Positions 13,274-25,532 of a stretch of DNA of 64,000 nucleotides are shown piece after piece. The translations under genes and the position numbers were made by a program. Source of the DNA: Eledone cirrhosa. Lineage: Eukaryota. The stretch's first letter is position 1, and every line of letters starts with the position of its first letter. The stretch is from contig OZ024741.1 of NCBI GenBank assembly GCA_964016885.1, positions 147,312,001 to 147,376,000 on the forward strand, written 5' to 3'. The notes beneath the pieces are model-generated. The model saw only the letters and a program-made list of their open reading frames with translations. It was not told where the DNA came from and did not search any database.

Positions 13274-15150
13274 CTAACAGCGCTGCGATCGAATGTGGCT
13301 TTTTAGCCCAGCCAATGATCTAAAATGTCTTGCACAGAGTTGGCAACCAAAACATTCACTGGGAATAGCCGGCTGTGGTTGGAGTTCATGTACTTTTGCA
13401 TGTCGCTTGAGCCCTCCCGCTGATTTACATTCTCTACCACATGTTTGGCAAGCATGATGAGTAGCATCTCCAACAGCAGCCTGGTAGTCAACCACTGGTC
13501 TTACTTTATGACTGCGAAGGTGACTTTCGAGTCCAGCTTTGCTTAGGCAGAGTCTCGCACAGACGCTGCATGTCAGCACCATAGGAGGACCCTCGCCGTC
13601 TGGAAGTGCAACAGCAATGCCCTTCCTCACATCCCGCTTTACTTTCTCGTATGCGATTCGAGATGCCTCAAAGGCAACTTTCCCTCATACACAGTCTTTC
13701 TCCATTTATTACAATCAGCAGCAATATTTTCCCATGTATCAGCAGAGATGTTAGCGTCTTTCAAAGAGGCTTTCAAGGAATCCTTATACCTCTTTTTTGG
13801 TTTATGTGGCGGTCGTTTTCCTTTAACCAACTTTCCATAAAAGAGTTGTTTTGGTATTCTAGAATCCTTCATCCTGGCAAGGTGACCACTCCAACGGGGT
13901 CGTTGCTTAAGCACAAGAGCTTCTATACTGTCACACATAAAGCTTTCCAAAATCTCAACATCACTGATGTGGTCCCTCCAGTGAACGCCATGGATCCGTC
14001 TGAGACACATCTGATGGAAACGCTCCAATTGCTTAAGGTGGTGTCGATATGTGACCCAGATTTCGCAGGCATAAAGAAGACAAGAGAGCACACATTCCTT
14101 GTACACCTTTACCTTTGTCCTCCTGCATATGTCTCGCCGACCCCAGAGTCGCCTCTCTAGCTTTCCGAAAGCATCACTTGCTTTCCTAATCCTAAGTGAG
14201 ATTTCACTGTCAAGGTTGCTGTATCGATTGACAGTGCTTCCCAGGTAGACCAACTCATCAACCACTCCAAGTCATTTACCATACACATAGATATTTGGTT
14301 CAGTGTACTGCTTACCAGGAGCAGGTTGGTACAAGACGACGGTTTTCTTGAGACTGACAGTCAATCCTAGCGCAGTGCAAGCGTCAGAAAATGCAGCAAA
14401 ATGTGCTGCATATCACTCCGTGTGCGCTACGAGATCGCAATCATCTGCATACAAGAGGTCTCTTATGATTGATGTAAATACTTTTGTCTTTGCAGCAAAG
14501 CGCCTGATGTTAAATATGCTGCCTGAGGTTCGATATCGGATGTAAATACCATGCTCGCAATTCCTGAATGCAATACAGAAAACCATTGCAAAGTATATGG
14601 CAAACAGGGTCGGTGCTGGAATATCCCCCCGTTTCACTCCATTTTTTACTGAGATAGGCTCCGACATGTTACCTCCGACATTAATCCAAGCCTTCATGTC
14701 GTCATGGAAATACCTAACTAAAGCAAGGAATTTATCAGTGCAACCAAGTTTCTGGAGAACCTTCCATAATGCATCTCTGTTAACAGTATCGAAAGCTTTT
14801 GTCAGATCGACAAAAACCTGATACAAATCCAAACCTTGTTCCATGCACTTCTCCTGGAGCTGTCTAGCTGAGAAGATCATATCAGTAGTGCCGCGTCCAG
14901 CACGAAAACCAGATTGACTTTCAGGAAGAATACAATCTGCAATGTGTGTCAGCAGACAGTCCAGAAGCACCCTACATAAAACTTTCCCTACGACAGAAAG
15001 CAATGATATACCTCTGTAGTTCCCACAATCATTCCGGTTACCCTTTCGCTTGCACAAGACCACCATTACTGCACCTCTCCAGTCCTCAGGTACGGATTCA
15101 TTAGCCCATATCCTGCCAAACAAAGAGTGAAGATGTTGCAGGAGTCTCTC
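13274..15150 (-). mobile_element. 5'-truncated RTE-clade LINE (RT pseudogene with three C-terminal C2H2 fingers)
   Basis: Motifs NYRGISLLS, PESQSGFRAGRGTTDMIF, FVDLTKAFD, GVKRGD, LLYADD, YLGS, LLYACEIW, RWSGHLARM, RIPKQLFYG; frameshifts near 14410 and 13670; truncated at (CATA)n. Confidence 0.93.
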
Positions 15151-15227
15151 ACATACATACATACATACATACATACATACATACATACATACATACATAC
15201 ATACATACATACATACATACATACATA

Positions 15228-15830
15228 GTGGCTGCCAACTCGTTTTCGAGTACGGCCACTACTTTATATCCATGTAGAACTCCTACCGATGCGCTGAACT
15301 AGTGTCACTTTTTAGTCCAGCCAGCGACTTGAAAACTCTGGTACAAACACTACACTTGTGACAATTATTGACACATAGTGCTGGGCCCATGGTACCATGT
15401 GACGACAAGTGCAGAGAGATCTCCAGATATAAAGCAATGTCTGTGCCGTGAAGCTTTTATAGTGAGAAAAGGCACTGCACAAAGCCAGTCCTACTCTCTT
15501 AACCAAGATGATATTTACCAAAAAGAAGAACAAGTCAACATCATTGGATACCATCAGAGTTGCAGGTGTTATATCAGAGTTTTCCTTCTCCTAGAATTCT
15601 GCCTTGACAAAGGCTAAGAGGTCATCTCTCCCGGTGATTTTGGATGGCCATTGACTCTTAAGAGCTCCTTTGCCCTTTGACAGGTTTTGTTTTTAGTCCT
15701 GCAGGATGTCCAAAGTCACCCTCCTCACCAAGAAACCTTGGTGGGGTTGCCAGTTTAGTCGCCAACGACCCGACCATGAGACAGGTTGTACTGGGATACA
15801 TGTTACCAGTAGCACCAACTGGATGGGGCA
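15228..15830 (-). mobile_element. ~600-bp non-coding RTE-like non-autonomous element, family RA; copies at 18510-19107 (-), 38526-38853 (-, partial) and 40891-41350 (+, 5'-truncated)
   Basis: Four closely similar copies. They carry the RTE-5'UTR-like tccttctcctag..tgccttgacaaaggct and end ..ctcgaaaacgagttggcagcca against microsatellite. Confidence 0.8.
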
Positions 15831-16235
15831 GTCATCATTATGTATGTATGTACATACATACATACATACATACATACATACATACATACATACATACATA
15901 CATAATGATGACTGCCCCATCCTTATCGAGTATGACCATTGCACGATATAGTATTAATAATTATCAGTTAATGCTATCGTGCAATGCCTGTGCGTGAAGA
16001 TTTTTTCAAAGTGAGGAAAGACTGTGCACTGAGCCAATCCCACTCTCTGAGCGACAATAGCTATAACCCGAAAAGAAGAAAAGATCAACATCATCGGTAA
16101 CTACAAGCCGCAGGTTTTATATTGGAGTTATCCCAGTTTCCTGAGTTGCCTTCTCCTAGAAGAATGCCCTGACAAAGGCTAGGGGTCCTTCACTCCCAGA
16201 CATACATACATACATACATACATTCATACATATTA

Positions 16236-16520
16236 AACCTCCGTCGGTTCTGTCGATGAGTTTTTCAATTGATTTGATCAACGAAACAGTCTGCTCGTGA
16301 ATTTCATATGCATGTGATTGAGCATTCCACAGACACGTGTACGCTTAATGTAGTTCTCAGGGAGATTCGGTGTGACACAGTGCTTGGCAAAGTTGGCCTC
16401 TTCGAATTCTTTCACCGCGTGAAATGGAACAACGTAAAATAAAGTATCTTGCTCAAAGACACAACGTGCTGTCTGGAATCGAGCTCACGAGTCATTAGTT
16501 GAACACCCTAACTGCTAAGC
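16236..16520 (-). mobile_element. tRNA-derived SINE family B; other copies at ~2230-2540, 6980-7100, 11990-12290, 26950-27175, 29790-30030, 39200-39425, 42155-42410, 43850-44030 and 51945-52128
   Basis: Shared motifs on the SINE strand: gttcgatt (B box), gtgt(c/t)cttgagcaagacactt, and gaatRctcagccacttRcacgttaatttcacgag...gttgatc. Confidence 0.7.
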
Positions 16521-17796
16521 CAAACATATTCATGTCTCTCACATACATGTATGTGTGGACCCAAATTCCTGATTGAGTCGTAGGGACGCCGTAGTGAAAT
16601 ACAGCGCGTCTTGAGTATTTCAAACTTGGCGTACCCCATCCTTCTCCATGTCTGAACATAGCCCATTTCTTCCGGAGAATGAGAGGGTGTGATACAGAGG
16701 AAGTGAGAAAGATATATAGAGGAAGAATAGACCACAATACTGGACTGGTACCTTTTTTATCGACCTCGAAGGGATGAAAGGCAAAATTGATCTCAGCGTG
16801 TTTTGAATTAAGAACGCATAGAGTCGGAACGAATATCACAAAACATTCTATCCGACGGTCTAACGACTCAGTCAACTCACCGTTTTGACGATAAATAATC
16901 ACTACAAATCTGACTTTATATTTTTCGATCTTCTGCACCAATTGGTAGATTAAATGTGTCCATTGTTGTGATTGAACATGCATCTTTTGGGGGGAAATGT
17001 ATTGTTTTGCTCTTTTTTACTTCTCTCACTACCAATGAAAATGTGTTCTCTCCAAGAACAACCAGAATCAATTATACCATCATGGAATAGTCCTTTGATT
17101 TCTCTTGTGATAAAAGCATTTTGTGATAAGGAATATTCATTGCAAACTTTTACGTATAGGCTTGATATTGTGTGTAATCTGTAAAAATAGCCGTGATGGA
17201 TCGATCTTCTGGGTTGCAAAATTGCAATAGCTGTATTTAATTTATTTCCTAGAAAAACAAACACTCTACAAGCATCATGCATTTTCATAAAATCCAATCA
17301 TAAAGTAAATGGAGAGCAGATATTGGGAAAGATAAATAGATGCCTATCATTATATGTGCTATATTGTAGTGAAAATGAATTAATTACTTAAGCATGAAGA
17401 TGTTATGATTGAATTGAATGAGAAAATCTTAATTTTTCAAAATTATAAATTTCAGATGCCTTATTAAACTTTCAAAGTTTTTGATGACAATAAGAGCAGA
17501 GTAATCCTAATGCTTTCTAGTTATATTTTGTGTGTATCTGTTTATGTTCACTGCAACAAAAGCAATAGTATACCTGTACGGAATTAACGGTTTCCACACA
17601 CAATCTCCCGATGGTTGTGAATGAGGTATTCGTTTTTGATATTGAAATTTTATTCGTAACATTCAAATATAATTTATTTGGAAGTATTTATATACGAGAC
17701 AAAAACAGTAATCGATGATAAATTTCTATTTAAGAGGATCCATAGAAGATGGAATCGAGAAACTGTTCAAATGGCATCAGCCATTGATCGCATTTG

Positions 17797-18462
17797 CAGT
17801 GGCGGACTGGGTCTAAAAATATTGGAGTAGGCAAGGCCACCTACATATTGAATGCTATCATTTAATTTTCATAATGAATAAATAACATTTTCAAAAAATA
17901 CATAAGTAGAAACAAAACTGCAATCAAATTTTTGGGGTAAATATCTTACCTTCTCCAATAAAAAATATGTATTTTGCGAAATCCAGAGATTTTCAATAAT
18001 TGTTTCTACTTTAGGCACAAGGCCAGCAATTACACAGTGCATTACTGGTACTTTATTTTATCGACCCCGTAAGGATGAAAGGCAAAGTCAACCTCGGCGG
18101 GATTTGAACTCAGATCGTAAAGGGACGTAACTATGCTGGAAAGCATGGCGTCCGAACCTCTGCTGATACTGCCAATCCACTTCAATAATTGTTTCTACTT
18201 TTGGCACAAGGCCAGCAATTATCCAGTACAATACTGGTACTTTATTTTATCGACCCCGTAAGGATGAAAGGCAAAGTTAACCTCGGCAGCATTTGAACTC
18301 AGATTGGCAAGGGCCGTAACTCTATGCGTCAAAGCATGGCGTCCGACCCTCTACCGATACTGCCAATCCACCACCCTTTCCACTTCAATAATGACCTTTG
18401 GTTTTTCACACGCACTCAATATATATATATATATGTGTGTGTATATGTATGTATGTGTGTAA

Positions 18463-18512
<50 letters not shown>

Positions 18513-19238
18513 TGGCTGCTAACTCGTTTTCGAGTACGGCCACTACTTTATATCCATGTAGGAGAACCCCTACCGATGCGCTGAACGAGTGTGACTTTTT
18601 AGTCCAGCCAGCAACTTGAAAACTCTGGTACAAACACTACATTTGTGACAATTATTGACACATAGTGCTGGGCCCATGGTACCATGTGACGACAAGTGCA
18701 GAGATCTCCAGATATAAAGCAATGCCTGTGCCGTGAAGCTTTTATAGTGAGCAAAGGCACTGCACAAAGCCAGTCCCACTCTCTTAACCAAGATGATATT
18801 TACCAAAAAGAAGAACAAGTCAACATCATTGGATACCATCAGGGTTGCAGGTGTTATATCAGAGTTTTCCTTCTCCTAGAATTCTGCCTTGACAAAGGCT
18901 ACGGGGGTCATCTCTCCCGGTGATTTTGGATGGCCATTGACTCTTAAGAGCTCCTTTGTCCTTTGACAGGTTTTGTTTTTAGTCCTGCAGGATGTCCAAA
19001 GTCACCCTCCTCACCAAGAAACCTTGGTGGGTTTGCCAGTTTAGTCGCCAACGACCCGACGATGAGACAGGTTGTACTGGGATACATGTACCAGTAGCAC
19101 CAACTGGTGACCTGACCATACATACACACCACCTTCACCACTAATTGATTTGACAGCTGTCATAACCAATTGGTACCAAACAATATTTGGTCAGTAGTTC
19201 GTGTGTATGTGTAAGTATATACATTTACACACACACAA

Positions 19239-19316
<78 letters not shown>

Positions 19317-19592
19317 TGTGTGTATGTCTATATATGTATGTTTGCATGCATGAATGAATACACTAAGCTTTAGATTTAGTAGAATGTACAACCACCGATT
19401 CCAGTTATTTGCACTATCGTATATTTTGTATTCTGTTAATTCCCTTGGGAATTGGTTGACCAAATGCTTTGCTTAATTGTTTTTTTTTTGTTTTTTTTTA
19501 TTTCATTCTTTCTATTAGTCTGAAAGCTAAGTATTGGCCCTTAAAATGCTACAGTGGGCTCTGCAAGGCTGGGCCTCTGCAATGCTACTGTG
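17797..19592 (+). mobile_element. Non-autonomous hAT-like DNA transposon, copy 1, interrupted by two SINE A copies and an RA element; right end displaced and inverted at ~20250-20317
   Basis: Left end cagtggcggactgg; 17797-17999 and 19315-19590 align with 22641-22890 and 25035-25340. Confidence 0.65.
17997..18372 (-). mobile_element. Tandem pair of SINE A copies
   Basis: Two head-to-tail copies; ttcaataat recurs at the junctions. Confidence 0.9.
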
Positions 19593-19605
19593 TGTGTATG
19601 TATAT

Positions 19606-20200
19606 ACACTGACGAAGGACTATTTTTATCATATTTAACCTATGTGCAAACCACGCAGTATTCTTCTTTCTTCTCATGTTTTTTATACATATTTGCCTCG
19701 CCGGCGTTTGTCTGTTTCTCTCTTACTGCTTCCCCGCTCTCTCTGTTTCTCTCAACTTCTTTCGCCCCCTCTGTCAGTTACACTTTCTCTCGACTGACCG
19801 CTTCCTCGCACTTCCACTCACTCACTCTCTGTTTCTCCCCTTCTCACTTCCTCCCGTTTGGCTAACAGTGGGCCTTTTCCTGCTTCCATCTCACTCACGT
19901 CGGATGTCTGTACTAATCGCTCATGAAATCCACCCGGCTTATGCTGACCAGGACTACCATGTTGCTTGTTTGTTTCCTTTCTTTGGTTTGTTTTTATCCT
20001 TCTATGTTGTTCACTTGTCCCCCTCGCTTTACGCGATTACTGGTCCCAATAACTTTTTTTAGCTTATTGCTCGCACCAACCTGAGGTATCTGATTTTTAA
20101 TGCGATGTAATACCAATGATGGTTGACAAATCACTGACGAAGGACTATTTTTATCATATGTAACCCATGTGCAAACCACGCAGTATTCTTCTTTCTTCTC

Positions 20201-20210
<10 letters not shown>
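19606..20210 (+). mobile_element. Non-coding unit with 525-bp period and terminal redundancy (PLE/retrozyme-like, decayed HHR core)
   Basis: cactgacgaaggactatttttatcatat..catgtttt repeated with CTGACGA at 19609 and 20134; homologous to 32249-32817. Confidence 0.65.
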
Positions 20211-20242
<32 letters not shown>

Positions 20243-20344
20243 CACACACAGTGGCGGATGGCCAGGTTGCCAGTTGCCCAATGTCAACTGGGCCCCAAGA
20301 GGCCCACGGTAGCATTATATATATATATATACATATATATATAT

Positions 20345-21228
20345 AGTTTTGCGAGGTTTTTGATATGAAATCGTGTGTCGAAACAAATATTGTTATACTT
20401 GGGGAGGGTCATATTTGTGTAATATTGCCAGAATTAATAACAGAACACACTCACTGTTTGGTTGGTTTTCGCTTTTCGCTTCTGTGTCTTTTATATCGGT
20501 TAATTTAATTTATTGACCAACGGTCAAAAATACAGATACAATGACTGACCAACGGTCAAAAATACAGATACAATATAGACACAAACACATATATATAGTC
20601 TATCAAAGTTCTTTCGTTGCACATCTCCAACATCGTCAGTTGTGCTATTGTTTCCTCCCGTTGCATTGTATTTTCTACGCCATCTTTATTTAGTCTGTTT
20701 ATATAAATTTTTTTTTGTCTTCTTTGCGCATGCGTTTGCGTGTGTGTATAGTGTTTTTTTTTATGTGTGTTCGTGTATTGGTTAATATATTCTATCTTTA
20801 CTAGTGTGTGTTTATATGTGTTTGTTGTTATTGTGCTTGTGTATGTATTTATTTATTTATCTATTTATTTATTTATACTTCTCTTAGGTCAGTGTTGTTT
20901 GTTTGGGTGTTGTTATTCCATTCATTTTTTCTGTTTAACCTTGGCCTTCTAAGTTCTATTTCACTGGCCTCTCTGATTTGCCTCTCTGCTGGGTCATTTC
21001 TATGTTTAGATATTATTCTAATTTCTATGTTGTCTATGTTACCGTCGTGTTGTTGTCTGGCATGTTCGTATAGTCTGTATTGTATCTGTATTTTTTATCC
21101 TTGGCAAAATTGAGGACCGAATAAATAAAATTAACCCATATAAAAGACACAGAAGCGAAAACCAACCAAACAGTGAGTGTGTCCTGTTATTAATTCTGAC
21201 AATATTACACAAATATGACCGTCCCCAA

Positions 21229-21232
<4 letters not shown>
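20345..21232 (-). mobile_element. Non-autonomous PLE terminal-repeat element (family Y) with inverted terminal duplication; contains a partly decayed HHR at 20602-20643
   Basis: 20395-20510 is the inverted repeat of 21120-21232; the terminus ttgttatacttggggagggtcat is shared with the PLE end at 59161. Confidence 0.75.
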
Positions 21233-21313
<81 letters not shown>

Positions 21314-21316
<3 letters not shown>

Positions 21317-21505
21317 CGGTGAATTGGCAGTATCGGTAGAGGGTTGGACACCATGCTTTCTAGCATAGTTACGTCCCTTTACAGTCTGAGTTCAAATGCC
21401 GTCGAGGTTAACTTTGCCTTTCATCCTTACAGGGTCGATAAAATAAAGTACCAGTAATGTACTGGATAATTGCTGGCCTTGTGCCAATAGTAGAAACAAT
21501 TATTA
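21314..21505 (+). mobile_element. SINE family A, full length
   Basis: A box tggcagtatcgg, B box gagttcaaatgc, family body and (TTA)n tail. Confidence 0.9.
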
Positions 21506-21638
21506 TTATTAGTTTGTTAAAATAATCAAATTAAATTAATTCAACAGTTAAACACACAGGAATAATAAGGTTGTTACCAAAGAGCCAGAAGATTGACAAG
21601 TCGACCCTAAATATGACTAATAGCTCTAGGGAAGCCAC

Positions 21639-21995
21639 GAAGGACACCAAATCTTTTTAATTTTGATTTTGAAAGTAGGTTTATAATTATTAATTTTCTT
21701 TATACCTTTGTAGCTGTCTCGGCGGCCTAGTTGGAGGAATCATAGACGGTGGTGATCCTGGTATGAAGTTCGATCCTGGTCAGGAGTAGAGTTCCCGGTA
21801 AACCTTTTCAGTTTTTTTCTATGGGATATAAAATAAAAACTGAAAATGATGACATGTACCTCTTGAACCGGATTGAACCCAAGGCCAGGATCTCCACCGT
21901 CTCTAGTACCTACGGCTAGTCCACAGAGACAACTACGAAAAGCTGATGAAAATACATACTTATAAACTTACTTTCAAAATGATGAGGTGTCGTTC
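21639..21995. mobile_element. Palindromic MITE whose two arms each carry a tRNA-like (A box/B box) cassette
   Basis: Imperfect ~170-bp inverted arms (gaaggacacc / ggtgtcgttc ends); gcggcctagttgg..agttcgatcc on +, gtggactagccg..ggttcaatcc on -. Confidence 0.6.
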
Positions 21996-22130
21996 TTGTC
22001 TTTCTTAATGTTATTGCTCCTACTTAAGGTGGACTTCTAAATCATTTGGGTGTTCCATAAACTACATACTCGTTTTGTTTCGCATCTATCTATCAGTTAG
22101 ATTCAAACTTACAATGATTGGCAATATATA

Positions 22131-22525
22131 TACGAGGGTAATCCCAAAAGTAAGGTCTCCAAAGCGATGGGGACGCAGAGAAACTGTTCGTACGGCTGTT
22201 GGCAACACTGTTGTGATTGGTGCTTCCTTCACTCTCAAACAAGCATGCGCGTGCTTCGCTGGGATGCTCAATCTTGGCTTGGCAGCCGTTGAGAATGGAG
22301 CTCCCGTTGAACGCTACCGCCAAGTGCGAATTTCACGCAGTTATTATATACGAGGGCAATCCCAAAAGTAAGGTCTCCTTCCGAGGAAAACATGCGTAAA
22401 GATCGGCGAATCACTCTGGATGCTCTCTGCATTTTGGTACCTGAGGTTTCCCGAAGCACCATCCACTGGATTTTAACGGAAAAGTTGCAATATCGGAAGG
22501 AGACCTTACTTTTGAGATTGCCCTC

Positions 22526-22528
<3 letters not shown>
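22131..22528 (+). mobile_element. Mariner remnants: left end with transposase start, plus a nested 180-bp internally deleted mariner (22349-22528)
   Basis: TIR tacgagggYaatcccaaaagtaaggtctcc at 22131 and 22349, inverted copy at 22499-22528; peptides MELPLNATAKCEFHAVI and KDRRITLDAL..VSRSTIHWILTEKLQYRK. Confidence 0.85.
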
Positions 22529-22591
<63 letters not shown>

Positions 22592-23144
22592 AAGAATAAC
22601 ATGGTTGGCTCGATATCTTGTTATCCTATATATATATATAAAGTGGCGAACTGGATCTAAAAATAGTGGTTTCCAGAAGATGAAGGGGGGGGCACCTACA
22701 TATAGAATGCTGTCATTTAATTTTTTATAATGTATAAATAACATTTTCAAAAAATACATAAGTGGAAACAAAAGAGTGCAATCAAATTTTTGCGGTAAAA
22801 TATCTTACCCTACCTTCTCCAATAAAAAATATGTATTTTGCGAAATTCAGGGACTTTCAATAATGACCTTTGGTCTTTCATACTCACTCAATATATATAT
22901 ATATAAAGAATATACAAATAAAAGGCAGAGTTAATAACTCATACTGAGTTTATTTATTCATTTATTACTACATATATATATATATATATAGTTATACTTT
23001 GGGAGGGTCATGTTGCAAATAAGAAACACACGCACCAGTTGCTTTCACTCCAATTTATTATAAATTAAATTATAAATTTAAAAGTTTATAAATTTCCGGT
23101 TGGTTGGTTGGTTGGTTCCACAACTGGACGGTTGTTCATATATT

Positions 23145-23187
23145 GTCAAAGTTCTTTCGTCACACATTCTGTGACCTCTTCAGTGAC
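23145..23187 (-). ncRNA. Type I hammerhead ribozyme (family X)
   Basis: GUCA-CUGAAGA-G-GUCACA(GAAUG)UGUGAC-GAAA-GAAC-UU-UGAC; lies in a 22990-23250 copy of the terminal region of the 59-64 kb PLE. Confidence 0.85.
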
Positions 23188-23611
23188 TGGGATTCTTTTC
23201 TTTGTTTTTGTGCCTCTCCTTTCTTCTGTCCTACGCCATCTTGTTTTTCTGTGTATCTTTTCAGTAGAAAGTGCATACTCTCCACGCATTTTGTAACATC
23301 TATTGTATTTTCCGTATACAGACCTACGTGTGTATCTCATACTTCTCTTGTGTACTATCTCATTTTTACTATCTTCTTTTTTTATATATATTCTGCACGC
23401 ATTTTCTATGTACGGTCTGCGCATACTATTTACTGTAATACCATGAACGCACATTATGTGGCTTGCGTGAAGATTCCATACGTGGATTGATCCATGTTCG
23501 CAACGTAACAACATCTCTGTAGGCACATATAACAAGGTGCACCCTTTTATGTATAGCCTACTGTGTATTTTTATGTGCTGTTATATGTATATTTTTTATA
23601 TATTTTTATAC

Positions 23612-23657
<46 letters not shown>

Positions 23658-24828
23658 GAAACGAGTATGACCCCGGCGGCTGAGTTCAAGCCGTTTCGAC
23701 GGCTAATTCTGGACGGAGTCCTACTCGTTCCTATTACCCACTCTACTACCCTAAGTATTGAGTACGTTGGTGCGTTATGGTCCATCTGGTTCCGTACCAA
23801 ATTTCCTTCGTTATATATATTATATATATATATATATGTATGTATATGTATGTATTTTTTTTTATATATGTATACATTTATAACAAGATGCATCTTTCAT
23901 GTATCACCCATTGTGTATCTTTATATGACTTTGTGTGTATATTCTTTTTATTTATATATATATTATTTTTTATGCGTGCGCGGATGTATATATGAATATG
24001 CGCATATTTGTAAGAGTGTATATGAGCCACAGTGTGTGTGTACAAGCACCCGTGTAGGGAAAGGGCTTGTTTGTGTGTATAAATGTGTTTGCGAGCGAGT
24101 GTGTATCTGTGTGTGTGTATATATGTATATGGGTACGTGTATATGTGTGCGCGTGGGTGGAGGGGGGGGGGGTCTATGTATATGTCTGGACGTGTCTGTG
24201 GGTACGGGTATATATACGCGTGTGCATGTGTATGCACATGTATGTGTGTGTGTATGTTGATGTATATAGGCATGTGGGCATGTGTCTGTGTATGTACGTG
24301 CTTCTCTGGATGCATTTATGCGTATGTTTATATGTTTACTTAAATGTGTGTGTATAGCGAGCGTCTATGCGTACGACTGTCATTATCTCTGTGCTTGTGT
24401 GTGTGTGCGTGGATGTGTGAACAACCAAACACAACAGTAATTTATTGAAGTGTAGCAGACAGGTTAAAATTCTCATATTATATATGTATCTTCCATTCAT
24501 GATTATTTACATTTCTAACTTTATTTATTCACTTCATCTCAAATGTTAAGCTAACTCAACAACCTATCACTTAGAGTTTTCGCTCTCTCTCCTTTCTCTT
24601 TCTCCTGTCTCTCTCTCTTCTTTTTTCTCTTTCTTTTTTTCTCTCTCTTGTTCTTCTATCGCTCTCTCTTTTTCTCAGTAACCCAACGGCTTATTTAAAA
24701 GTATCCAATACTAACTTACCTAATAGTATAATTAAAGATATAACTCCACTATCCTGGAGCTTCCAACAGTAATGGTTGCATTCTTTAAGGGTATGTCAAT
24801 ATTTATTAATAAAACTGCTCTATATTAT

Positions 24829-24891
24829 ATTTTATCTGATGAAAGCACGCCATAATTTAACTTGGTGTCCTTGAAATATGTATAATGAAAT
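24829..24891 (+). ncRNA. Type I hammerhead ribozyme (family Z)
   Basis: Stem I AUUUUAU/AUGAAAU, core CUGAUGA 24836-24842, stem II AAGcACGCC/GGUGUcCUU (one mismatch), GAAA 24873-24876, short AU-rich stem III, predicted cut after AUA 24884. Confidence 0.75.
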
Positions 24892-25532
24892 AAATATGGT
24901 TTTATAAATATAGTTGCCATTTATTAATATCGTATTTTTACTCCAATTATTTGTTGAATGCTTTATATCAGTTATAAAAATATTTGCTTGTTGTATCCCA
25001 ACAATTTAAATAGAACTTTTACATATATATATATATGCTTATTTGTGTGTGTCTATATATATATATATGTATTTTTGTATGCATGAATGAATACACTATG
25101 CTTTAGACTTAGTAGAATGTGCAACCACTGATTCCAGCTATTTGTACTATCGTATAGTTTGGTTTCTATTAATTCCCAGGGAAATTGGTTGACCAAATGC
25201 TTTTGTTAATTGTTTAATTTTTTTGTTTTCTATTCTGTCTCTTAGACTTCGGGTATTTTTGGAAAGCTAAGCATTGGCCCCTAAAACGCTACAGTGGGCA
25301 CTGCGATGCTACTGTGGGCCTCTGCAATGCTACTGTGGGCTTCCTGGGACCCACTTGCCATTTGGCAACCTGGCCAGTCCGCCACTGACCATTAGTATTA
25401 GTTGATTGATCACTTAACAGCCACTTGGGCTACTGGATGCCTTAGGCTTCTAAATGTCCTAGATTGTTAGATGTCATAAGTTATTAGATGTCATAGGCTA
25501 CTAGATGTTCTAAGCCGCTAGATGCCTTAGTG

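Larger units (their letters stand above)
22641..25387 (+). mobile_element. Non-autonomous hAT-like transposon, copy 2, with ~2.1 kb of other insertions in its internal (TA)n
   Basis: Ends (a)agtggcgaactgg and ccagtccgccactg; homologous to copy 1. Confidence 0.65.

Noticed and set aside
15745-15830. HDV-like ribozyme at the 5' end of RA/RB
   Set aside because: P2/P4/J4-2-like pieces are present (ccagt..tcg-ttgg-cga-ctaa-actgg), but I could not build P1 and P3 consistently in all copies. Left as a test under findings.
21314-21400. tRNA genes
   Set aside because: A/B boxes belong to SINE heads and no intact cloverleaf is visible.
23660-23730. Minus-strand GAAAC-GGCU..AGCC-G hairpin as a hammerhead
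   Set aside because: No CUGANGA upstream of stem II and no NUH triplet.
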